Source: Vicugna vicugna (taxonomy: Eukaryota). Taken from it: a stretch of DNA of 20,181 nt. The notes under the pieces were generated by a model that worked only from the letters and a program-made list of their open reading frames with translations, was not told where the DNA came from and did not search any database. The translations under genes and the position numbers were made by a program. Where the stretch lies: assembly GCA_013265495.1 (NCBI GenBank), contig MU058584.1, forward strand, positions 5,648,508 through 5,668,688. The letters run 5' to 3'. Below are positions 10,295 to 20,181 of the stretch, in pieces (the first letter of the stretch is position 1; the number at the start of each line of letters is the position of its first letter).

Positions 10295-11238
10295 AAAAAT
10301 AAATTTAAAATCTGTACAGAATTGAATACAAAGTACAACAAATTATTTTCACTTCTTTGCGAAACTGCATACAGTACAACTTGCAAATAGGGCCACATAC
10401 CACGATGTGAATTTACTATTGTCTTAAATAAGTAAAGGCTCTGATTGTACCACAAACTTAGAATTAAATTTCATGGAAATATTGCTTAGGTAACATGAAC
10501 AATTTGACTGTACCACAGTCTATGTTGCTAAAAAAATTAAAATCCTTCAAACCCTGCTTTTCTACTTGTTTCCGAGGAAACAATTATTTAGCAACATAAA
10601 ACAAAACAAAGACAAAATGTAAAAACTGGAGGCTGCTTTTTATGACGCCACTTCCCCTTCCCCTCCTCAGGCAGCGTTCTTTTCCCTTCCCTCATTCAGA
10701 AAGGAAGGTGAGTGGAGAATGACCTATTCTTATCCTCATTCATTTGCTTCTAGAATTCCTGCTTCTACCAAATAAATAGGTCAGTTTTAGAATCCTGACA
10801 CTATTATTCATTGTTTACCTATGTCATTCTAAAAAAGTTACCCTAGACTTTTTTTAAGCTAAGGCAACAAAGTTGGCTTTAAAATAGTGTTCATGTCTCA
10901 CATAAACTAGCAGCCACTTTAGACTAATTTCCCAATTAACTGTATACAGAATAACATTTTTTCAAGTAACTTGGAAGTGGAATCACTAGCAATTCTTATT
11001 TTAAGCAAATATTCAAGATGATCCACCTTTAGAAACAAAGGCAGATTTAATGTACAAAATGCAGGAACCAAGTCTTCTGGTTCCTGTCCCATTAAAATAA
11101 TTTAAAAGAGGCTCAGTTTGTGAAAAAGACCTTGGAATAATCCAACTCTTAGTGACATCTTTACCTTGTATAAGGAGGACAAATAATGTAAGTTATAAAT
11201 GGAGATGATGTTATTTAAAAAAAAAAAGACCTTATCAA

Positions 11239-11244
11239 TTTATT
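11239..11244 (-). terminator. Candidate proximal polyadenylation signal in the SLC19A2 3'UTR
   Basis: Minus-strand AATAAA followed ~10-20 nt later by a U-tract (plus A-run ~11217-11227). Confidence 0.5.
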
Positions 11245-12137
11245 TTGGAAATACAAGGGAATGCAAATACAAAATGGGCTAGTTATATCTTTAGCCCATT
11301 CCTTAACTTTTCATCTTGGAATTAACAGTCCTTCATACAGAATAAAAGACAAGCAAACCTACTTTAAGTTTTCTAATTAGGTCGCTTAGATTATTAGCAG
11401 GCCTCAAAACCTGCCTTATTTTTAAACTAAATTAGCTTCTCTGGGAAGCATATGAATAATGTAAAAATGTACTTCTGAGGAAAATCTACACAAATACTTA
11501 CCTGTCAAGATGGGAACTGAGAATTTCGCACAATGAATTTTTTTTAAAAAAACTTAAAATTAGAAATGACAAATACTCCTTATAGGAAAGAACACCAAAC
11601 CAGAGCAAATACTGTCACTGATAGGAACAGCTTTCATCTGCAGAAACACAAATGCACGCGAGTAACACAGAAACAAGAATTAAGTTGAACGGAGCCGGGT
11701 GCTGTCAGAACATATTTCTACTCCGACTAGTAACATCTTGTGGCCCCTGTGAAGCCCTGGTCCCACCAGGCCGAGCATCTGGCTAATCAGATACGGAAGC
11801 ACTTGACCTATGAAACACCAAACTCACGTGCTAGCAAGTATACATCACCATGTGCTGCTTGACTGCTCTTGATTACTTGGTTTTCAAAATCAAGTTCACT
11901 TTTGAATCAGAAAAAAAAGGCATCCTTAAAATTGGCCCTTATAAATAATCTATGAAATAAACTTCACTTCTGAACAGTATATTATGTTACTCTAGGAACA
12001 CAAGGTAGAGTTAGTTGGCTGCTTTGAAGCCATGAAGTGCACATTCATAAATATATGTCTACACTTTAAAAAATTAAATACATCCAGGCACAGCTGCTGT
12101 GCAGGGTTTTTGCTTTAAGAAGCTCATCAGTAGTGGA

Positions 12138-12266
12138 TTATGAAGGGTTTACTTGAGAACTTGATTCTGGATCTTCCCGCTTCCTGTATTTCTTCATGAT
12201 ACTGCCCGCACCGTTAGCCAGGAAAACCACAGCGATGAGTGCAAAATAACCAGCGTAGATGAAGAA
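12138..12266 (-). CDS. SLC19A2: Thiamine transporter 1, terminal exon 6 coding part (129 bp including TAA)
   Basis: Acceptor cccctcctctttag|TTC. Translates [42 protein letters not shown] (last TM helix plus cytoplasmic tail). Stop TAA at 12140-12138. Confidence 0.96.
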   Translation of the reverse strand, partial: FFIYAGYFALIAVVFLANGAGSIMKKYRKREDPESSSQVNPS

Positions 12267-12429
12267 CTAAAGAGGAGGGGGAGAAGCAATTTAGAGGATT
12301 ATTGATTAGAAGATGAGATCTTTTATTACATGTATGTGAACAGACTATAAGTAAAGGTACATTCAGTTTCTCAATAAAACTCCAAAAAACACGTGTGCTT
12401 ACGTGATGGACCAGCACTGAGGATACACT

Positions 12430-12640
12430 AGGCAGCGGTGACACTGAAGCCTGACTGCCTGTGTGCAGATCCCAACCACGCCCCTCACCAGCTGTGTGAC
12501 CTGGACTGAGAGACTTAGTCTCTGAACCTTGACTTCATGTACAGACCACTTTGTATTTCATAACACTTCCTTGTTTTCTAGGGTTGTTGAGAAGGGACGA
12601 GCTCATGTATGTAAGTGTGTTGGCAAAACGCTACTGCTGT
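12430..12640 (+). mobile_element. MIR SINE in SLC19A2 intron 5
   Basis: ctcaccagctgtgtgacctgg...acttagtctctgaacct...tagggttgttgagaag...atgtatgtaagtgtgttggca. Confidence 0.75.
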
Positions 12641-13279
12641 GAACACTGCTTTCATTTTTGTTGCTGTTATTATTGTTGTAACTGAATCATGGGCTCTACC
12701 CTCAGGCTGATAGGTGGGTATGACCAACAGGCCAAATTCTGACGTTCAAGAACTTCTACTCTTTCCCAGAAGAGGTCAACTATATTCCATTACAAGACTA
12801 CTTTTTATAAGAATTTTCTCTAAGCCAATTTTTTAACGTGACTATATCATTTATCAACATCGTCATCATCTTCTTCTTAAAATAACTAAATACCGATAAG
12901 CTGGTTCTATGGGTGCAATAAGCCTGTCCCTCTAATCCTTCAAGCCAGATTCTTTAAAATTTGGATACATTTTTCTATCGGAAACCTGTTCATTAACCAT
13001 GGTTGTTACGGTTACGAGTTTCAGCACAGCCCACAAAATTCTATTTACTTACTTACTCCATCTGTTTAAATCCACCATTTCTACAGCAAGATGGCAAGCA
13101 CTTAGTTACTCTCCTACCCTCCATCCCAAATGTACGCCCCAACCCTTGAGAGGTCTCCTCAAAGTTTTTATTGCAGGTAGTAACTGGGAAACACTTAAGT
13201 CGTTCTTACTTAAAAGAAAGTAATAAGCTCCCGTTCCTCTGCTCTATCCCCCGCTCCCCTGCCCCAGCCTTTTTTGACG

Positions 13280-13480
13280 CAGCATGAAGCAGTGGGAGAT
13301 GCCTAGGCTTGAGACTCAGATGCTGGTCTGAATCCTGGCTCTGCCACGCTATTACTGACTGTGACTTTAAACAACACACCATCTCCCAGACTCATTTTCT
13401 CGATGTCTAATCCTGACAACAACCCTGCAAAATTCTCGATAAAGTACCTGGCACAGAAAGCATTCAACGCATGTGACTTA
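13280..13480 (+). mobile_element. MIR SINE (with deletion) in SLC19A2 intron 5
   Basis: ggcttgagactcagatgctggtctgaatcctggctctgccac...ctgtgacttt...aaagtacctggcacagaaagcattcaac. Confidence 0.7.
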
Positions 13481-14209
13481 TTATTATTTCCCTTTTAGAT
13501 CTCCTCAGTAAAAACAAAGGGATACTGCCAACATGTTAGGTCTTTGTATTCTAAGAGAACAATTATGGAAGGAAGGAAGGAATAATGGAGATGGAATCAT
13601 TTGGGCTGAGATGGGGTGGAGTAGGCACTTTTTGATTCAACTGCCCATTTTGCAAAAGCATAGAACAAGCCCTACCTATAACTCACAATGCATGAAGGCA
13701 TGCTCATACAACCACACAATTCCCAAGTGAATGAAAGTATTCACATTGTCTCTGGGTGTTTGTGCAGGTGTTTTCTCAACAGGTCATGTGTTAAGAATCA
13801 CAGTGCTGTTCATCAACAGCAAGTCAGTACCTTGGTATCTGGGCGAGGGGTATTGTAAATAAAGAAGGGTGGAGACTTAGCTCTGAGATGAAGCAGGGCA
13901 TCTCAAACATGGGATGCAGTATTCCAGGCACAGAATTAAAAATGGAGGGGAAATAATAACGGATGAGGAAGCAGAGAGCTTGGCCTGGAGGGGACCACTA
14001 GCACCTTTTAGCAACACCTGGCTGCTTAATCACACTCAGAATGTTCCAGGGCCTCAGCAGAAAAATCATGGTGCCAACATCCTCCTGGAAGAAAAGAACT
14101 GAGGGTGGAGGTTCACTGAGGAAGGAGGAGACACTTCTACTTTTTATTTTGTATCTGTCTACATGGCTTGAATTTATTTATTAAGCATGCTCCACTTGTA
14201 ACATCTTCA

Positions 14210-14374
<165 letters not shown>

Positions 14375-14434
14375 TTAAAGAGAAAAAGAAGAAAGAACAG
14401 ACAAGAATGACTTCCAGGGTAGTTACAGTCTTTA

Positions 14435-14971
<537 letters not shown>

Positions 14972-15414
14972 CTAGTTCAGAAAATTAAAAATTCAGCTGA
15001 GATTACTGCATTTTAAGATCTTCTAACCCATGAACAGAGGAGCTCAAGATTATGGGGGACTTTGAAAGTCAGGCAGAGAATTCTGGACTTGATGGAATAA
15101 ATATGGAGCCACTGAGAGATGATGAGAGACTGAATATGAGATGGAAGCGGATGACACAGAACCAGGGACGCTGCTAAGGGAAAACTACCGGGGTGGACAC
15201 AGAAGCAAGAGTCAAAAAGAACCGCTGACAGTATCTGTGCAACGTGGCAGGATGGCTCGTCTCTCCTCCCAACTGAGGGGCAGTTTAGAACATGGTAAAA
15301 TGCTGGTGGTAGCTATGGAGTGCTCTAAGTGCCAATCACAGTTACAAGGGTTTACAGAAATCATGTGAAGTCTTCCAAAACCTTAAGAGGTGGGTCCACA
15401 CGTTAGAAAGAGAC

Positions 15415-15645
15415 AATAGAATAATGGCCAAAGACATAGGTTCTGAGTTCAAACCTTGGCTTTAATACTTACTATCTCTATGATCCTGGCAAGTTATTAA
15501 CCTATTAGTCTGCGGCTTCCTTCACTGTAAAATGGGGAGGATAACTGCACCCATCTTAGGAATCCTGTGAGGATTGAGCTAATAGACATAAAGTCTTTGG
15601 AACAGCACTTGGCACGTATTAACACAACAGATATTAGCTACTGTG
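15415..15645 (+). mobile_element. MIR SINE in SLC19A2 intron 3
   Basis: gagttcaaaccttggctttaatacttact...ggcaagttattaacct...ctgtaaaatgggg...gtgaggattgag...aacagcacttggcacgta. Confidence 0.85.
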
Positions 15646-15991
15646 GTTATACAGCACTGTAGACTGCTACTCAAAGTTTCACAACAAGTGGCAAAAGCAC
15701 CCAGTAAATCAGAGATAAACAAAAACTTAGGATAAGAAGACAGTTTAGGAAATCATTACATTAGGTTTCCCAAAGGCTAGGAAAAATTCAAGTTTGTCAG
15801 TCAGTCCTCCACCTATTGAACACTTTGAAATTTTCATCCTACATGATAAAATCAGAGCTCAAAATAAGTAAATCATTCTTTGGGGGTTACTTCAAATTTG
15901 GGAGGGGAGAGAAAATCTGATTTTGGTTGACTTCACGACCCAGAGGACTCTCCCCCATCCCTAGCAGCCTCCACTACCCTGCGCGGCTTAC

Positions 15992-16214
15992 CCAGTAAGG
16001 TTGAAGCGGCCTCCACACCGCCGTTGTAGACAGCAGCATGGCGAGAAGGCATCACCTGCTCCCACAGGACCTGTGCATAGTTCACCACTTGGAAATAGCC
16101 ACAGGTGGAGAGGGCCCACCACACGGACCAGCAGAGCAGCGGGCGAGAGGAGTAGCATATCAAGAAGTCATTCCACAGGACCTTCAGCACAAGCAGACGG
16201 GCTGGCTTGGGCTC
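15992..16214 (-). CDS. SLC19A2: Thiamine transporter 1, coding exon 3 (223 bp)
   Basis: Minus strand acceptor cttttactgtgtag|GAG and donor CTGG|gtaagc. Translates [74 protein letters not shown](G), recognisably THTR-1 of the SLC19/reduced folate carrier family. Exon numbering follows the known 6-exon structure. Confidence 0.97.
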
Positions 16215-16323
16215 CTACACAGTAAAAGGGAAGAAGGCAACTGCACAGAAAGCAACTGTATAGACTCAATTTTCTATTTAACACACGTTTTCCTTCTTCC
16301 TTGTGAAAACCAATTGCTTATTT

Positions 16324-16423
16324 CATATATATACACACACACATATATATATAATACACACTTATATATGCAACTTCATATATATAGATATATGTGTGTG
16401 TGTATATATATATGTATGTATGT
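16324..16423. repeat. Compound (TA)n/(CA)n/(TG)n microsatellite forming an inverted repeat
   Basis: 16325-16348 is the exact reverse complement of 16388-16411. Confidence 0.9.
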
Positions 16424-16719
16424 AAACTTCTTAGCAATTACATTCATCTCCTCTGGGGGAAAAACACACTCATATAATTTTTGCTTTGAATGCTCTACAA
16501 ATATTAGTACACCCAGCAAATGATACACTGTTTACAAAATGAAGGTAGAAAGATGGTCCGAGATTGCATACTTCAGCCAAAGGGAGATGACATTGCCCCA
16601 CACAGTGGCAAGCAACATTAAGAATAAGCAATAATCGGTAACCCTATTAAATTAGTGTTCAGGCAGAGTCCATCAATGAGAACCTATCCTTATAACTGAC
16701 AGATTCACTGAAAGGTAAT

Positions 16720-16860
16720 GGTTAAGACAGAAATCTTAGAAAGAAATAAACCAAAATATTAGCAGCAGTTCTCCCTGGGCAGTAGGGTATCAGTGATTTT
16801 TTTCTTCTTTATGCTTTTTATATCACCCAATATTTATGGGGACTATTACAATTATAATGA
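16720..16860 (+). mobile_element. Old L1ME 3' terminal fragment
   Basis: accaaaatattagcagcagttctccctgggcagtagggtatcagtgatttttttcttctttatgctttt resembles the L1ME4-type 3' end. Confidence 0.55.
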
Positions 16861-17265
16861 AGTAACAAAGCTACTATGCTTGTAACTCAGTGAATCAAGA
16901 CATTACTGAGCTACGTGTCATCCTGAGACTATGCCAAGAAGTCAGTATGAGATCCAAACACCCTGTGAAATATCTCTGACCCCAATCGTATCAAAGGTTG
17001 CTGTAATTCCCGAGCCTTGCTTAGAAAACAGGAAATTTTACTTTTGTGGCTAACACAGAAAGGCCAAAATGAGAGAATCCAAAGGGACCAAAGGGAAGCT
17101 AACCATGAAGTAGCACGTAAGAGGCAGGACGTGTGATAGGAGCCATGCAACAAATTAGTAGCACTGATGGCAGCAGCATGATTCAACCTGCTCGCTGGCT
17201 GGAAGCTCCTTGCTTGGAGGCCATGGCATGTATGGAACGAGAACTTCCAGATGTAAAACGATTAC

Positions 17266-18552
17266 TTATTAATTTCAGGTCTATAACATAATGATTTTCT
17301 ATTTGTATACACTGTGAAATGATCACCCCAAAACTCGTCATCATCTGTCACCACACATATTTATAATTCTTTTGTAATGAACACTTTTAAGATTTACTCT
17401 CTTAGCAACTTTCAAATATGCAATACAGTATTACTAACTACAGTCACCACTGTGTACATGCTGTACATCCCCAAGACTTATTTATAACTGGAAGTTTGTA
17501 TCTTTTCACCCCTTTTATCCATTTCGCCTACCATCTGGCCCCTGCCTCTGGCAGCCACCAATCTGTTCCCTGCATCTGTGAGCTTGTGGGGTTTTTTTGT
17601 TTTGTTTTTAGGTTCTAAATATAAATGAGATAATTTGATCTTTCTTTCTCTGTCTGACTTACTTCACTTAGCATAATGTGCTCAAGGTCCATCCATATTG
17701 TTGCAGATGGCAAGACTTCATTCAAGTTTTTATGGCTGAATGATGTTCCACTGTGTGTATACATATGCCACATTTTCTTTACCCATTCATCCATTGATGG
17801 ACACCTACTTTGTTTCCATATCTTGGCTATTGTAAATAATGCTGCAATGAACATGTGGGTGCCTATACCTTTTTGGATTAGTGTTTCCATTTTCTTTGAA
17901 TATATACCCAGAAGTAGAATTGCTGGATCATATGGTAGTTTTATTTTTAATTTTTTGAGGCACCTCCACATTGTTTTTCACAGTGGCTGCACCAATTTTA
18001 CATTCCCACCAACAGTGCATGAAGGATCCCTTTTCTCCACATCCTTGCCAGTATTTGTTATGTGTTCTTTCTGATGACAGCCATTCTGACTGGTATGAGA
18101 TAATATCTCACTGTGGTTTTCATTCGCTTTTCCCTGATGATTAGCAATGTTGAGCATATTTACCTATACCTGTTGGCAGTCTGAATGTCTTCTTTGGAAA
18201 AATTTCTATTCAGATCTTCTGCCCATTTTTAAATTGGGTTCTCTTTTCGCTGAGTTGTATGAGTTTCTTATATATTTTAGATATTAAACTCTTATCAGAC
18301 ATATGATTTGCAAATATTTTCTCCCATTTAGTAGGTTGCCTTTTCATTTTGTTGATAGTTTCTTAGGCTGTGCAGAAACTTTTTAGTTTGATGTAGTCCC
18401 ACCTAATTATTTTTGCTTTTGGTGTCAAAGTTTAAAAAAGTCATTGCCAGGACAAATGTCAAGGAGCTTACCACTTATGTTTTCTTTTAGGGGTTTTACA
18501 GTTTCAGGTCCTCGGTTCAAGTCTTTCATTCATCTTAAGTTATTTTTGTATA
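17266..18552 (-). mobile_element. LINE-1 (L1MA-like), 5'-truncated: ORF2 C-terminus plus 3'UTR, in SLC19A2 intron 2
   Basis: Minus ORF 17615-17971 MWRCLKKLKIKLPYDPAILLLGIYSKKMET...MFIAALFTIAKIWKQSRCPSMDEWVKKMW is the L1 ORF2p C-terminal region. The flanking sequence is collinear L1. Confidence 0.95.
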
Positions 18553-19609
18553 GCCCCTTCGCCTTTAAATAGAACCTTTTAATGAGTATAGCTAGGTGTT
18601 TACAATACCAAGCTAAATGCTACTCTTTTCTTAGCTCAGTTATGTGCGGAGGGAGATTTGTCTATGGTCAAACTAATAGCTGGGATGGAAATTTCCAAGA
18701 ATAAGTTTGCTTCTTTTATTAAGTGCTGTTGAAGGGCAGAATCTTGATACTAATTCTTGCTATAAACAATGAACACTTTTTTTTTATGATGAAAGGAAGA
18801 CTATCATTATTTCCTCAGCTATTGATACTCCATTGTCCAAAACATTCTAAAAGCATATAGAATGAGCCTTAACCAATGGGCACAAGTCAAGTACATCTGG
18901 TTTCAGGGAAAAGGAACCAAAATATGTATCATGGAAGAATTGGTATTTGAGACAGACTTTGGGTGACAGAAAAGACTTGAACAGAGAAATAATGAAGAAC
19001 AACTTTCAAAACAAAGGAAATAAGAAAAGCACAGAGGAAGGTGCTTTTGAAATGAACTTAAGAATCAGCAACGATAAAGTTCTCTTCCAACATAAAGGCT
19101 TCTGGGACATTGTTTCCTGCTCTGCCCTCCTGTGCACTTATCTTGTTCTAAGAATAGTCATTTTTGCCTTGGCCTGCTACCTCACAGCGCCCCAGTTCAT
19201 AAGCCTGAAAGCAGGGCACTGGCAACCTGTTAAGAGTTGGCATGGAGATCTGCCTTTGGCTACTCTTTTTCAGGGGAGATGACAACCATCTGAGCCTCAA
19301 GGGCATTAATCTGCAAAGGGGAGCAGGTACAATCATATATGGCTACACACCTCCCCTCCATCCTAACTCAGACACATCCATTGGCAGGGGTCCGACTGGA
19401 GATATCCAGAGGGAAAGGTTGTGACCGCAAGTGGGAAAAAAACAGGAGGGTCAAAAGGCAGACTATGTCCTTCACACAAGTCTCTCTCTGATTCTGGCTT
19501 TAGTGCTCAGGGCCAGCCTGGTGGGAAATGCAGAGTACTGCCCAACACACACCTCCCATCAGTCGTTTTCACCATTATAGTTTCAATTCTTTGGATTCTG
19601 AAGGCTATT

Positions 19610-19845
19610 CTGACATGAAAAGACACAGAAAGATGAGTATTAAACAACACAGTAAAAAAACATATTATAAAGCTGCATGTAGATTAAAATTATATTACTA
19701 TAATATATACATGAATTTTGAAAGGTCTGAAATATTAAGTGACAATCTTTGGGTGGCAGAAATTCAGATTATTTTGACTTCTTTTTATATAGTCTTCGGT
19801 ACTGTTTAATTTAAAAATTAAGTATGAATCTTTTAAATAAAATCA
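19610..19845 (+). mobile_element. Old L1ME 3' terminal fragment
   Basis: gacatgaaaagacac...gaaaggtctgaaatattaagtgacaatctttgggtggcagaaattcagattatttt resembles a degraded L1ME 3' end. Confidence 0.45.
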
Positions 19846-20089
19846 GTAGAGATTTTCTTTTTCCTCTTAAGATGTTTATTAGCTATGTACTGTAACAGTG
19901 ACCATTGAAATTAAGTAAATAAAGGCCATTTTCTCCCCAAAATGCTGGATAATCTCCCTGGAATAAGAACCAAGCAATTTTTCATAGTTCAGCCAATTCA
20001 CATCATATCTAAGCTCAATTTTTACTTGTTTATCACAATGGGCGTCTAGGTTTTTAGGTTTTATTTAATGGTTCTGATGCTTTCTGATG

Positions 20090-20181
20090 GTTTTTCTTTT
20101 TTTGTTGTTGGTTTTTTTTTTGGTTTTTTTTGAGGCTTTTTTTTTACATTTTTTATTGATTCATAATCATTTTACAGTGTT
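20090..20181 (-). mobile_element. 3' tail of a young lineage-specific L1 (camelid-like), running off the window
   Basis: Long T-rich tract followed by ttttacattttttattgattcataatcattttacagtgtt, matching my recollection of the camelid L1 3' terminus. Minus-strand AATAAA at 20157-20152. Confidence 0.65.

Larger units (their letters stand above)
10265..12137 (-). other. SLC19A2: SLC19A2 3'UTR (~1.9 kb; cleavage site approximate)
   Basis: AT-rich, repeat-poor sequence from the stop codon to an AATAAA/ATTAAA cluster, with several upstream UGUA elements (plus-strand taca at ~10315-10337). Confidence 0.8.

Noticed and set aside
12034..12047. miR-181-type (TGAATGT) and GCACTT seed matches in the proximal 3'UTR
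   Set aside because: 6-7-mers are expected by chance in a 1.9 kb UTR and cannot be supported without conservation data.
16001..16523. Plus-strand ORFs overlapping exon 3
   Set aside because: Antisense shadow of a coding exon running into a microsatellite.
17676..18074. 132-aa plus-strand ORF
   Set aside because: Antisense frame of L1 ORF2, a common artefact.

Overview
Mammalian genomic DNA, probably camelid judging from the L1 3' end at the right edge (tentative). The right half holds the 3' part of SLC19A2 (thiamine transporter 1) on the minus strand: coding exons 3-6 with intact GT-AG junctions and frame, a ~1.9 kb 3'UTR and poly(A) signals. About 2.4 kb downstream is a small CpG island with an NRF1 motif, most likely the distal promoter and non-coding leader of CCDC181. 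That call rests on recalled synteny; no CCDC181 coding sequence is in the window. The left half contains a decayed full-length HMGN1 processed pseudogene nested in an old L1, several nested L1/LTR/L2/hAT remnants and an unexplained repeat-poor, CpG-retaining stretch (~1.5-2.9 kb). I see no convincing evidence of a new biological system. The findings are modest regulatory and evolutionary leads. Repeat family names and reference-protein comparisons are from memory and need database confirmation.
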